Of a stretch of 54,189 bases of DNA, positions 9,468 to 21,600 are shown in pieces (the stretch's first letter is position 1; the number at the start of each line of letters is the position of its first letter). Below the pieces are notes generated by a model, which had not been told where the DNA came from, made no database searches, and saw only the letters and a program-made list of their open reading frames with translations. A program made the position numbers and the translations under genes. Source of the stretch: a virus. Lineage: Duplodnaviria; Caudoviricetes. The DNA lies in the IMG/VR virus record IMGVR_UViG_3300040807_003078, positions 1-54,189 of that record. One strand, written 5' to 3'.

Positions 9468-11731
9468 TGGCAAGTAAAGATTATTTGAAAGGACACGCAT
9501 CCACCGCCAAGGCACCGGGCAACGACACGCAGTGGTCAGGTGAAAACGCTGGACCATACATAGGTGTTGTGAAAAACAATACCGATCCATTGAAGATGGG
9601 CAGGCTACAGGTGAACATACCCAGCCTCAGCAAAACATCAGATCCTGTCAGCGGAAATCTCATAACCTGTGAATATCTTTCGCCGTTCTATGGTGCGAAG
9701 GATGTGAGGTATAATCTTCCGGGATCAACCAAGTACGAACACAGCCAACACAGTTATGGATTCTGGGCGGTACCACCGGACATAGGCACAAGGGTGCTTG
9801 TGATATTCGCTGAAGGTAAAATGGACCAAGCGTTCTGGATAGGTTGTGTACAGGAGCCTTTGGTCAACCACATGGTTCCGGGCATAGCGTCCAGTGAGAA
9901 GACCTGGGACAAAAGCAGTGGTGGCCCAGCAGGACAATTCAGTTCAGATGTGGACAAGATGGACACGTATGGAACAAAAGTTGTTCCGTCAGGAGAAATC
10001 AACAGGAGCATACCGGGTGTGACAGCAACCAACTATGATAGCCTCAACAAGCCAATACACCCGATGGCAGAGGTATTACAGAAACAAGGACTGTCGGAGG
10101 ACACCATAAGGGGGACAACAACCAGTTCGGCTAGGAGAGAGACGCCTAGCAGTGTTTTTGGAATCAGCACACCAGGACCTATAGACAAGACAACCACACA
10201 ACAAACTGTGGGAACAAAAGATACTAACAAAAAAGATTTTGTGACAAGAAGGTCAGGACACACATTCGTGATGGACGACGGAGACACAAATGGCAACAAC
10301 CAATTGACAAGATTAAGGACAGCATCCGGACATCAGTTACTGATGCATGACACACAAGGAATTGTGTACATAGCCAACGCTTCAGGAAACGCCTACATAG
10401 AGATGCAGGCAAATGGAAGGATAGACGTCTACTCTGGTGTTGGTGGTATAAACTTACGTACGGAGGGAGATTTCAATCTTCATTCAGATTTGAATATCAA
10501 CATGCACGCCAACGGACAGATCAGGATGAGTTCTGCCAAGGAGATGATACAGAGTGCTGACGCAGTTGTTACTGTAGGAGACAAGGCTATCCTTCAAAGT
10601 TCTCCGGCGGGAGGCATACAGAACTACGCTTTGAATTCTATCAGTTCTTACACTCCAGGTGCTCAACTGCATGGAGCACTAGGACAGTTCCACGTACAGG
10701 GTGGTAGGATTGATTTGAACCTTCCAATGGGAGGTGTAGGCGACGATGGCGAGCAAGGTATAGCCAAGTGGGGACCACACTGGTTGAACGCAGAGAAGGT
10801 CGGTATGAATCTCAGAGAAGAGGGAGATGTGGAACTGGCACAGAAAGGACTTAAACCATTACAGGAATTCACAAGGAAGACCAAGACCACAGTTCACAGG
10901 TTGGTCACACACGAACCCATGTTCCGAGCAAGTGTGATTAGTGGTGATGGTGTGATACCTATCGACGCTGATGACAAGAAACAGTGGTACAGGAACGCAA
11001 ACACACCAGGCACACCGGAATTCATAAATCAGCAGAACAGGGTAGATGCCAACAGCACAATTAGAGACGCACAGTACCAAGCGGACGCATTACAATATGT
11101 GAAACAGAAAATAGGCAACAGCACAGACGCCGCCAAAGCCAAAGAGTTGTTGACCGAATTTGGATTGAAGTACAATGAGATATACGGAATTACACAGAAA
11201 ATAGATCTGCCATTTGACATAAAGGACAGCATCACAGAGAAGATCAAGGGCATAGAGTTCAACTCAGACATCAAAGATCTGACCAACACCCTCACATCTC
11301 AGGTGGTGAATGTTTTGTCAGGCAAGAGCACGGAACTGTTTAAAGACAACGTGTTCGTCAACCAAGCAGGTGAGTTGTTCTCACTCGCCGGGGATACCAA
11401 CAAGACGGCCATTGGGGCAATTGACGTGGCCAACAAGACACTCAACACCATAGACGGATTGAAAGGTAACCTGAAATCAGGCGATGTGATAGGAACCATA
11501 GGCACGCTCAACAGCATAACGCAGAACTACACCACTGTGGTCGGAGGCAAGATCCTTGCCATGGACTCGATCAAGAAGTTTGCGACGGCGAAAGGATTGT
11601 TCAACGCCAGAGATGCCGCCATGGGCAAACAGACATTCCTACAGAACGTTGGCGGAAATATAGCGTCCAAGATAGGAAAACTGCCTGGTGCCCAAGGGAT
11701 AAAGAACTTCTTTGGTAAGTTTAAATTTTAG
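9467..11731 (+). CDS. gp5: Baseplate central spike, gp5/VgrG-like; no lysozyme domain recognised
   Basis: OB-fold motifs VVKNNTDPLKMGRLQV and PPDIGTRVLVIF..G..DQAFWIG, then RTASGHQLLMHD and a beta-helix-like region. Confidence 0.85.
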   Translation: MASKDYLKGHASTAKAPGNDTQWSGENAGPYIGVVKNNTDPLKMGRLQVNIPSLSKTSDPVSGNLITCEYLSPFYGAKDVRYNLPGSTKYEHSQHSYGFWAVPPDIGTRVLVIFAEGKMDQAFWIGCVQEPLVNHMVPGIASSEKTWDKSSGGPAGQFSSDVDKMDTYGTKVVPSGEINRSIPGVTATNYDSLNKPIHPMAEVLQKQGLSEDTIRGTTTSSARRETPSSVFGISTPGPIDKTTTQQTVGTKDTNKKDFVTRRSGHTFVMDDGDTNGNNQLTRLRTASGHQLLMHDTQGIVYIANASGNAYIEMQANGRIDVYSGVGGINLRTEGDFNLHSDLNINMHANGQIRMSSAKEMIQSADAVVTVGDKAILQSSPAGGIQNYALNSISSYTPGAQLHGALGQFHVQGGRIDLNLPMGGVGDDGEQGIAKWGPHWLNAEKVGMNLREEGDVELAQKGLKPLQEFTRKTKTTVHRLVTHEPMFRASVISGDGVIPIDADDKKQWYRNANTPGTPEFINQQNRVDANSTIRDAQYQADALQYVKQKIGNSTDAAKAKELLTEFGLKYNEIYGITQKIDLPFDIKDSITEKIKGIEFNSDIKDLTNTLTSQVVNVLSGKSTELFKDNVFVNQAGELFSLAGDTNKTAIGAIDVANKTLNTIDGLKGNLKSGDVIGTIGTLNSITQNYTTVVGGKILAMDSIKKFATAKGLFNARDAAMGKQTFLQNVGGNIASKIGKLPGAQGIKNFFGKFKF

Positions 11732-11735
11732 GGAG

Positions 11736-11741
11736 TAAATA
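11736..11741 (+). promoter_or_regulatory. Putative late promoter core TAAATA upstream of gp25
   Basis: TAAATA in the short intergenic gap, 6 nt before ATG 11748. Confidence 0.55.
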
Positions 11742-11747
11742 TACAAT

Positions 11748-12161
11748 ATGGCATATGGAGATTCAGGATCAGGAGACCTATCAAATAAGTCAGTGACCTT
11801 CAAGGGTTTCAGTTCACGTGCGGACAAGCGTAACTTCAAACTTTACGACTTCGAAGTGGCCAAGCAGGACCTCATCAACAGGTTATCGATACGTAAGGGC
11901 GAGAGGGTTGAGAACCCGGAGTTCGGCACCATAATATACGATGCCATATTCGAACCATTCACAGAAGCGTTGAAGGACGCCATAGTTGACGACATCACTG
12001 CCAATCTCAACGCGGATCCACGCATCAGTACACAGGAGATCTTGGTAACGGAAGCGGACAAGGGCATAGCCATACAGGCCACAATCACATATGTGCCTTT
12101 GAATATTACTGAGAAACTACGTTTCAACTTCGACGAGAATTCACTGCTACGCCTATCTTAA
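11748..12161 (+). CDS. gp25: Baseplate wedge subunit gp25
   Basis: KQDLINRLSIRKGERVENPEFGT..YD.IFEP and DPRI motifs. Confidence 0.92.
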   Translation: MAYGDSGSGDLSNKSVTFKGFSSRADKRNFKLYDFEVAKQDLINRLSIRKGERVENPEFGTIIYDAIFEPFTEALKDAIVDDITANLNADPRISTQEILVTEADKGIAIQATITYVPLNITEKLRFNFDENSLLRLS

Positions 12162-12181
12162 AGTACGCACTTAATTTAATA

Positions 12182-12189
12182 TATAAATA
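12182..12189 (+). promoter_or_regulatory. T4-type late promoter TATAAATA upstream of gp6
   Basis: Exact consensus in a 42-nt intergenic gap. Confidence 0.75.
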
Positions 12190-12203
12190 TCCATACAAAC
12201 AGT

Positions 12204-15200
12204 ATGGCCACTACAGATAGACAGAACAGATTATTAGTCGCGGAAGATTGGACAAAGATCTACCAGGCTTTCCAACAGGCTGATTTCAAGAGTTATGATT
12301 TTGAAACTCTACGTAGGACAATGGTGGCCTACCTACGTGAGAACTACCCGGATGATTTCAATGATTTCGTAGAGAGTTCTGAGTACGTGGCATTAATTGA
12401 TCTGATAGCCTACATTGCACAAGCACTTTCTTTCAGGGTCGACTTGAACGCAAGGGAGAACTTCCTTGAAACAGCGGAAAGAAGGAATTCAGTTTTAAGG
12501 TTAGCGAGACTAATCAACTACAACGCAAAGAGAAACAGACCCGGCACAGGATTATTGAAGGTTGATTCGATATCCACAACACAGGATGTACAGGACAGCA
12601 CAGGGACAAATCTAGCAAATCAAAATATTATTTGGAATGATTCTGCCAACGCAAACTACAGAGAGCAATTCACTGCCATACTGAATGCGGCAAACCAGAC
12701 AGGACAACTGTTTGGCAATCCAAGGGAGTCTGGCAAGATAGGCGGCATAGACACAGACGTATACACACTCAGTTCTAATCAATTGGATCTCCCAGTTTTC
12801 GACTTCCAGAAATCGGTAGGCGGTGTTTCTCGAAATTTTGAGATAGTGCCTAGCACAATAAGTGAATCGGAATCAATATACGAGTCATCACCAGTGTCTG
12901 GTACAGGACTGACGTACACATATAGGACAGATGGAGCAGGGGACAGTTCTAACAACACAGGATTTTTCTTCTTGTTCAAACAAGGTTCGATCGAGTATCA
13001 AGATTTCACAGTAGATACCAGTGTCACTAATTTTATCAAGAGTATTGACACACCAAACATCAACGACACAGATGTTTGGCTATACAAATTAGACCAGTTC
13101 GGACAGTTGTCTGAGAATTGGACAAAAGTTCCTTCGCTCACAGGTAACAACGCAATTTACAATTCTTTGGCAAAGACTGAAAGAAACATTTACAATGTCG
13201 TGACGAAAAACAATGATGCAATTGATCTTGTGTTTGGTGATGGCAACTTCTCCAACCTACCTCTAGGAAACTTCAGGGTATATTATAGGACAAGCGACAA
13301 CACCAAGTATGCGATACAATCAGCAGACATGCAGGGAATACAATTGACGGTTCCTTACACTGACGCCAATGGAGCACAACAATCACTAGCAATGACTGTG
13401 AGCCTCAAGTCCAGCGTTTACAACGCGGCGGCCACAGAATCAAATGATTCAATAAAAGAGAAAGCGGCACAGGTCTACTATTCTCAGAACAGGATGATCA
13501 CTGCGGAGGACTACCAAGTGGTTCCATTATCTGCGTCACAAGAGATTGTCAAAGTTAGATCTATTAATAGATCAGCATCTGGGATATCAAGAGCAAAAGA
13601 AATTGTTGATCCAACAGGGGCGTATTCAAATGTCAGTGTCTTTGCGGAAGACGGAATACTTTATAGGGAAGAATCAACACAGCAGTTCACATTCACTTTC
13701 AACAACAGAAGTGACATACAGTCAACCATAGACAAGTCTGTTGAAGCAAAATTAAAAGAAGCGTATGCTAGAAATTTCTACTATTTGAAATATGCCACAA
13801 AAGATGTGAGCACACTTTCAGCAACTTGGAATTCCACAACAACATCAACAAATACGAATACCGGTTACTTCACGTCAGGCGGAGCACTTGTGATAGGTGA
13901 TTACGCTACCTCAAATATGAAGTACGCAAAACCAGGAGCACTCGTGAAATTCACTTCCCCAGACACCAGAGAATTCAAGAACGGAACATTAGTGACTTCA
14001 GGCACAGACGAAGCAGAAGATAGACTATGGGCCAAGATAGGTGCTGTAGTTTTAGATGGAGCAAACAGCGGTACCGGTAACTTAGAATCTGGTGTTGGTC
14101 CTGTGACATTAGCGAACATAGTGCCGAATGGTTCTGTTATAAATGCAATTATACCTAATTTGACAACGTCATTCTCTACAACATTAGAAGCAGATCTTAT
14201 TGACAGGATAGAGGCATACGAAGAATTTGGATTAAGATATGATGTTGACACAGAAACTTGGAAAGTAATAACTTCAACAAATCTAAGCACCAGTTCAGAT
14301 TTTAATCTTGCTTCGGCGGGATCTACTGCTGGTACTAACAGTGACGCAAGTTGGTGGTTCAAGTTTACAAACGACGGAAACACTTACACAGTACAGTACA
14401 GAAAACTAGATTACATTTTTGAATCAGAGGGTCAAAACAAATTCCATTTTGATTCACAAGAAAAAATCTATGATTACAAAACAGGCAAGAGTGTCAAGGA
14501 TGTGGTCAAAATTCTAAAAACAAATAGTATTGTGTCTACAGGTAACAGCATTGGTTATCCGATAACGTGGCAAGTTACTGATGTGATCACAGAATCAGAT
14601 GGTTTCCAGGACAACAGGAAAGTGAAAGTTGGTTTTTTTGACGACGACGATGACGGTGTAGTAGACAATCCCGAACTGTTTGACATATACGTCGAACCAA
14701 CACTATCTGAATCAACAAAATTTGTGTTCTTTGAGAAGTACACTTCTTATGACAGCATCGAACGATTCAGACCATATGCGGCAACCAACTTTATTGTAAC
14801 GCAGAACGAAACTGATATTAATCTTAATACTGCTACCTACTCAGACAATCAGTTGTTTTATTTCTATGACAGTGCCGAGGATGTGATCAAGAAATACAGT
14901 TCTACAACGAACACACTATCTACGACCACGGATTACACTGCCAGGATAGGCAGGGGTTCGATCAACTTCCAGTACAAGCATCACGCAGGACAGGATACGA
15001 GGATAGATCCCAGCGTGTCAAACATAGTGGATGTCTATCTTTTAGAAAGGACATATGATAATCTTTTCAGGATTTGGTTACAAGACGGAGGAACAAAACC
15101 TACAACTTCTACGTCAGACCAATTGAGGATCAATTACTCGGGCACACTAAACCCATTGAAATCATTGTCAGATCAGATAATATATCATCCTGTGAAATAC

Positions 15201-15686
15201 AAGATACTTTTTGGTTCGAACGCTGAAGAACAGTTACAGGCAACATTCAAAGTCGTCAAAAATCCAAAGACCAACGTGTCTGACGCAGTGATCAAGACCA
15301 GGGTGATCAGCGCCATAAACGAATTCTTCGCATTGGACAACTGGGATTTCGGAGACACTTTTTACTTCACAGAATTAGCCGCATATGTACACAATCAACT
15401 CGCTCCAGACTTACTGACAGCGGTTATTGTGCCCAATCAGTCAGGACAGGGTTTTGGGTCCTTGTTCCAACTTGACTCAGCGGCAGACGAGATTTTCATC
15501 AGTGGGGCCACCGTTGATGATGTGTCAATCATAACAGCACTTGGAGCCAACCAATTGGCGGCTTCCGGCACTGTGATCACATCGACATCAACTGCCACGA
15601 CAAACACTTCCACAGGATCAGCAGTGTCAGGCTCTACTACAACAGGTTCCGGTTCAAGCACCGGCAGTAGTGGATCAGGATACTAA
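12204..15686 (+). CDS. gp6: Baseplate wedge subunit gp6
   Basis: DFETLR..M..YL, F.DLNARENFLETAERRNSV, FGDG, QNRMITAEDY. Follows gp25. Confidence 0.92.
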   Translation: MATTDRQNRLLVAEDWTKIYQAFQQADFKSYDFETLRRTMVAYLRENYPDDFNDFVESSEYVALIDLIAYIAQALSFRVDLNARENFLETAERRNSVLRLARLINYNAKRNRPGTGLLKVDSISTTQDVQDSTGTNLANQNIIWNDSANANYREQFTAILNAANQTGQLFGNPRESGKIGGIDTDVYTLSSNQLDLPVFDFQKSVGGVSRNFEIVPSTISESESIYESSPVSGTGLTYTYRTDGAGDSSNNTGFFFLFKQGSIEYQDFTVDTSVTNFIKSIDTPNINDTDVWLYKLDQFGQLSENWTKVPSLTGNNAIYNSLAKTERNIYNVVTKNNDAIDLVFGDGNFSNLPLGNFRVYYRTSDNTKYAIQSADMQGIQLTVPYTDANGAQQSLAMTVSLKSSVYNAAATESNDSIKEKAAQVYYSQNRMITAEDYQVVPLSASQEIVKVRSINRSASGISRAKEIVDPTGAYSNVSVFAEDGILYREESTQQFTFTFNNRSDIQSTIDKSVEAKLKEAYARNFYYLKYATKDVSTLSATWNSTTTSTNTNTGYFTSGGALVIGDYATSNMKYAKPGALVKFTSPDTREFKNGTLVTSGTDEAEDRLWAKIGAVVLDGANSGTGNLESGVGPVTLANIVPNGSVINAIIPNLTTSFSTTLEADLIDRIEAYEEFGLRYDVDTETWKVITSTNLSTSSDFNLASAGSTAGTNSDASWWFKFTNDGNTYTVQYRKLDYIFESEGQNKFHFDSQEKIYDYKTGKSVKDVVKILKTNSIVSTGNSIGYPITWQVTDVITESDGFQDNRKVKVGFFDDDDDGVVDNPELFDIYVEPTLSESTKFVFFEKYTSYDSIERFRPYAATNFIVTQNETDINLNTATYSDNQLFYFYDSAEDVIKKYSSTTNTLSTTTDYTARIGRGSINFQYKHHAGQDTRIDPSVSNIVDVYLLERTYDNLFRIWLQDGGTKPTTSTSDQLRINYSGTLNPLKSLSDQIIYHPVKYKILFGSNAEEQLQATFKVVKNPKTNVSDAVIKTRVISAINEFFALDNWDFGDTFYFTELAAYVHNQLAPDLLTAVIVPNQSGQGFGSLFQLDSAADEIFISGATVDDVSIITALGANQLAASGTVITSTSTATTNTSTGSAVSGSTTTGSGSSTGSSGSGY

Positions 15687-18600
15687 TGGCAGACAATCCA
15701 ACTAACTCTTTAACTAATAACGAAGTTGTCAAACAAGGCACGAACGAATACAGACGTACTGTCCAACACCTACCCGCTTTCTATAGAACAGACGCCAACC
15801 AAAGATTCCTGGCCAGCACACTGGATCCTTTGGTACAGAAAGGTTCGTTGGAAAGACTAGATGGTTACATAGGCAGACAGGACGCATACACAAGGAATGT
15901 CACAGATAGATATCTAACAGCAACAAGCAGAGACAGGTTCGCATATCAATTAGAACCTGCTGTGACCTACACGGACAGGGACACGACATCCGTCAACCCA
16001 GAGGACCAAGTCAAGTTCACTGGTACCTATGACGACTACATAAACCAGATCAAATACTTTGGTGGACAAGTAAACAACCACGACAGGCTCAATAAGGAGA
16101 CCGTATACAGTTGGAACCCGGCCATAGACTATGACAAGTTGGTCAACTACAGGGAGTACTACTGGATCCCAGAAGGTCCTGGTGCAATAGAGATCGACTC
16201 AGTTGGTCCATCGGCAGTGGTCGAGTACAAGGTTATCAACAATGCCCGAGCGGCATATGAATTTGTTCACAGAGAGAATGAGAACAATCCAATCCTTACA
16301 CTATACAAAGGAAACACGTACAAGTTTGATGTAGATGCCAAAGGACATCCTTTCTGGATAATGACCGAACCTTACAAGAGCAAAGTGTCAGCAGACGGAT
16401 CAACCTCAACAATTTTTGACACAGGCGTAACCAACAACGGTGCTGACGAAGGCACTGTGACATTCACTGTGCCCACAACAGGTGTGCCAGCAACACTTTA
16501 CTATCAGTGCGGTAACCACGATGCCATGTATGGAATAATACAGATCAAAGATGCCACAAGCACCACAATGATCAATGTCGAGAATGATATAGTGGGTGCC
16601 AAGAATTATAGCCTTAGGACGCTTGATCTTTCCAATGGAATGAAAATCAAATTCACAAATGCGTTGGTCACATCCGCTTATCAAGGCAAAGAATACTATG
16701 TGGAAGGTGTTGGTGAGGCAATAACTCTTACTGACGTTGAAGACCTGATAACCCCAGGCAGTTACGCCACAGAGTCAACTATACTTTATGATCAGGTTGG
16801 TTACGATTCAAGGCCTTATGCCAAAGCATACTACAGTCCTGAAACCAAGGATTACATAACCATAAAGAGGGATTCGATAGACCAAAACGCTTGGTCGAGA
16901 TACAACAGATGGTTCCACAGATCAGTCATAGAAGAGACAGCAAGGATCAGTGGCCACACACCAGAGCTCAACGAGGACGACAGGGCAAAGAGGCCTATCA
17001 TAGAATTTGATTCTGGATTGGCTCTTTACAATCATGGAACAGTCGCTAAAAAATCTGTAACACTTTTTGACACAGTGACCACAGATGCTTTCAGTGATGT
17101 GGTCAAGCAGACCGGTTACATCGTAGATGGTGTGTCACTTGCGGACGGAATGAGAGTTGTATTTAAAAATGACACAGATCCTTTAGTAAAAAATAAGATA
17201 TATGATGTAAGTTTTGTCACTGCTGGCGATAGTACACAGGTGATTGCCCTTACAGAAGCGTCCGATGCCGTCCCTAGCGACAACGATTCTATATTCATCG
17301 AATTTGGTACTGCAAATCAAGGAAACACATATTACTACGACAGTACATCAGAGACATTCAAGGACGCACAACAGAAAACGGGTGTTAACCAACAACCACT
17401 ATTTGGAATGTGGGACAACAATCACGTGTCCTTTGACGACACAACCACTTATCCTACAAGCACGTTTGCTGGGGCCAAGGTTTTTGAATTCGCAACTTCA
17501 GACACGGCTACCACAGATACAGTTTTGGGAATCAAGGTCAAGTACAACACAATCAATAATGTCGGTGATATAGTTTTTGAATCAGATCATACATCAGGCA
17601 CATTCACATACAAGGACGGAAAGACCACGGTAACAAAGAAATTAGCGGAAGGACATCTGCACTACACGACGGGAAGATCAACACACAATTCTCGTAGTGC
17701 TTGGATCAAAAGGACCAACGAAAGCAAACAGAGAGTTATCAGGACATTTATAGTAGATAAAACTGAAAAACAATTTTTCCCAATAGACTTCTATAAAGAC
17801 TCTGCTGACTTGTCTGACCTTGAAGTTTCAGTTTCTGTGAACGGAACAAGGAAAACGCAGACAACCGACTACACACTCGTGGATGGAACAAAAAACAAAT
17901 ATGTGAAATTTAATGAAGTATTAGAAGTAAACGATCAAATAAGGATCGCAGGCTACAGCAGTGCTGAAAAAGTCGATGGCAAAGGAATATACGAAGTACC
18001 TGAAAATCTTTCGACAAACAGTCTTAACCAGCAGTTAGGTACTTTCACTTATGGACAAATATTAGGCCACGTGAAAGATATCTTCGATAAGAATCAAGAT
18101 GTCACAGGTGCGATCCCTGGAGCCTCAAACCTCAGAGACAAGCCAGATGCCAGACTCAAAGGCGGTAGCATACATCAGCATGAAGGACCATTGCTACCTG
18201 CTATATTTCACTTGATTGATCAAGAAGCCAACTTCGTTACTTCTGTGGATTACGTGGCACAAGAATATGAGAAATGGTACAACGCTTTCTTGACCCATGC
18301 GACAGGAACAGCATACGAGGGTGTTGCGGCTGACAGGGTTGACGAGATTATCACAGCAATCACTCCGGGTAGGACAAGCAGTTTCCCATTCTATTACGAA
18401 GACATGATAGGATACGGAGAAAATGTGTCCACAAGGAACTACACTGTGTTGGGATCATCACAAACAGACTACGCATTAGATTCACAACACAACATAACCA
18501 CGCCAAGCAACCGTGCTGTATATGTTTACTTGAATGGTACGCAGTTGTTGTTGGGCACAGACTACACGTTCAGCACCACAGACGACAGCGTCAGCATTAG

Positions 18601-21600
18601 TAAGACACTGGCAGAAGGTGACAAGATTGTAATCAAGGATTACACTGACACCACAGGCAGTTACATGCCACCATCGCCTACTAAACTTGGATTGTATCCT
18701 AAGTTCAAGCCAGAGGCGTTCACAGACACCACTTACATCACTGACACAGCAGTGATCAGGAAGCACGATGGTAGTATAATAAAAGCGTATGGCGACGAAC
18801 GTGATGATTTGATCTTGGAACTTGAGAAAAGAATCTATAACAACTTGAAGACAGCGTATGATTCATCATTGCTAGATATCAATGATGTGGTACCCAGTGC
18901 GTTCACATCAACAGATTACAGCACTGCGGAGATTGACAACGTAATGGGTCCTGACTTCTATAATTGGGCAGGTAGGAACAACGTGCAGTACATCAACAAC
19001 ACAGTATTCAGTGAAGGTTCGCCTTTCACATACAATTACTCAAGATCAACTGATAGGTTGAATGGTGCCAAACTTCCGGGCCATTGGAGGGCAATTTACA
19101 AATATTTCTACGACACTGATTCACCTCACACAAGACCTTGGGAGATGTTCGGACACTCAGAGAAACCAAGCGACTGGGAAGACACATACGGTGCGGCACC
19201 TTACACCTCTGGAAATGATGTCCTATGGGACGCATTAGAGGCCGAGCCAGGAAGATACGGAAAGCCTTTGATAAAATCCTACTTACCGGTTGATGCATCT
19301 GGAAACTTATTGGATCCATTGGCGGCCGGCCTAGTTAATAACTTTGATATACCAGGAAGGCAGAACGCATGGAAGTTTGGTGATCAGGCACCAGCGGAGA
19401 CGGCATGGAGGAGATCTAGTGCCTATCCTTTTGCGGTTATCAAAACATTGGCCCTAACAAGACCTGCCAGGTTCTTCTCTAATATGTTTGACCCGTCTAG
19501 GTTATCGACGAACACTGCCGGCAACCAGATTTACGCTGAAACAGGAGTGAGACAGACACTTGCTTCTTCTAAATATCATATCGAGACGCTTACAGATGAA
19601 GACACGGGGGTAACCACGAGGTATCAGACCGCGGGTTATCAACCTATTATCGTAAACTATCTAATTAATAGGAATTTGAATGTCAAAACTTTCTATCATG
19701 ATAAGATGAAAGCGTTAACGGTTCAGTTGGCGTACAAGTTAGGTGGATTCACGGACAAAGACAACATCAAGGTACTGACGGACAGTGTGTCGCCAGGATC
19801 TACATCTGGATCTAAGTTTATTCCAGACGAAAACTACAAGATATTATTCAGAACATCAAATCCCGTTGAAAGTTTTTACTATTCTGGAGTGTTGATCGAG
19901 AAGAACACCAACATAAGCGAAGATGGATCCACTGTATTGGGTGGATATAAAGTTTTAGGTTACAGCACCATCAAACCATATTTCAACTTCAACTATCCTG
20001 TGAAGACAACAACGGCAAACAAGGTTTCAGTTGAAGGATCGGTCAACGTGGAACAATACAAACTTTACCAAGAAGCAACACAGACTATACCTTATGGTTA
20101 TGTGTTTGACACGATACAAGACGTTGCCGACTTCTTGTTTGGATACGGGCACTGGTTAGAGTCACAAGGATTCAAGTTCAACAAATTTTCTAATGAACTT
20201 AAAGAGACGTTGAACTGGTCCAACGCTGTCAGAGAGTTCCTGTTCTGGACCACACAGGAGTGGGCACCAGGTTCGGCCATCACAGTTTCACCTGCCGCTG
20301 ATGGATTCGAGTTGGATACCAATAACAGTATTGTAGGCAAATTAAGAAACCTAGCAGGAGACTATTCTTTATTGGATTCAGGTGGTAGAAAAATAGATGT
20401 CAAAGAGCTCTCGACCAAACGTATTGGAAAAACGTTTGAACTGGGCATCAAGTCTGACACAGTAGGACTTTATAATGTTGCCTTGAACACAGTTCAAAAA
20501 GAACACATTTTAATTTTTGACAATCAAACTGTATTCAGTGATGTGATATATGATCCATCGACAGGATTTAGACAACAAAGATTGAAACTAGTTGGCTGGA
20601 AAACAGCAAATTGGAACGGAGACTACTACGCTCCAGGATTCATGTTTGACTCAGCACAGGTGAAATATTGGTTGGCAAACACAGATTACAGCATCGGCGA
20701 CAGTGTTGAATACCAAGGCAAATTTTATGTATCAAAAAGTAATCACAATTCAGGCAATACTTTTGATAATAGTAAGTGGACTCTTAAAGACAATAAACCA
20801 GCACCACAACTGATTCCAAACTTCGATTACAAGATATCACAGTTCAACGATTTCTACAATCTAGAAACAAACAATTTCGATGAATCACAACAGCAGTTAG
20901 CACAGAGATTGATAGGATACCAAAGCAGAGACTATCTAGAAAATCTTTTTGTCAATGATGTGTCGCAATACAAATTCTATCAAGGTTACATCAGGGAGAA
21001 GGGCACACAGAATGCCATAGATAAATTACTCAAAGCCAAGTACGAAGGCGAAGATATAACTTTGGATCTGTATCCCGAATGGATGATACGTACAGGAAAT
21101 TTTGGTAACACTGATTCCACAGAAAATATTCAATTATACCTAAGGGACAACGAAGTAACGGCAGATCCACAGAGCATAGAACTGGTCAACACAACCAACG
21201 ACACTGCCGACTACTCAAGATCTCTCAAAGTAGTACAAAATGATCTTTACTACAAACCAGTTGAATACACAGCATCGACCACTTTTTCAAGATATGATTA
21301 CACCAAGCAGGGAGTTGACAGAGACAATGTACAAAAATTCAAGACAGCAGGGTATCCTCAACTAGAACAGGTGCAACACACGGCCTACAACATTGACGAT
21401 TTGTTCAATCTTGACATAAACGGTGTACAGAACAAAGATCTGATTTGGGTTGCCAACAAGAGTAACTTAGATTGGGACGTATTCAGGATCACAAACGCTG
21501 GTGTGAAGATTGCAACGTTGTTGCTGATCAATGATGCCACGCAGTTAGAAATAACATTCACGGGATCTCATGGTCTATCAGCGGGCACAACAACTTCTAC

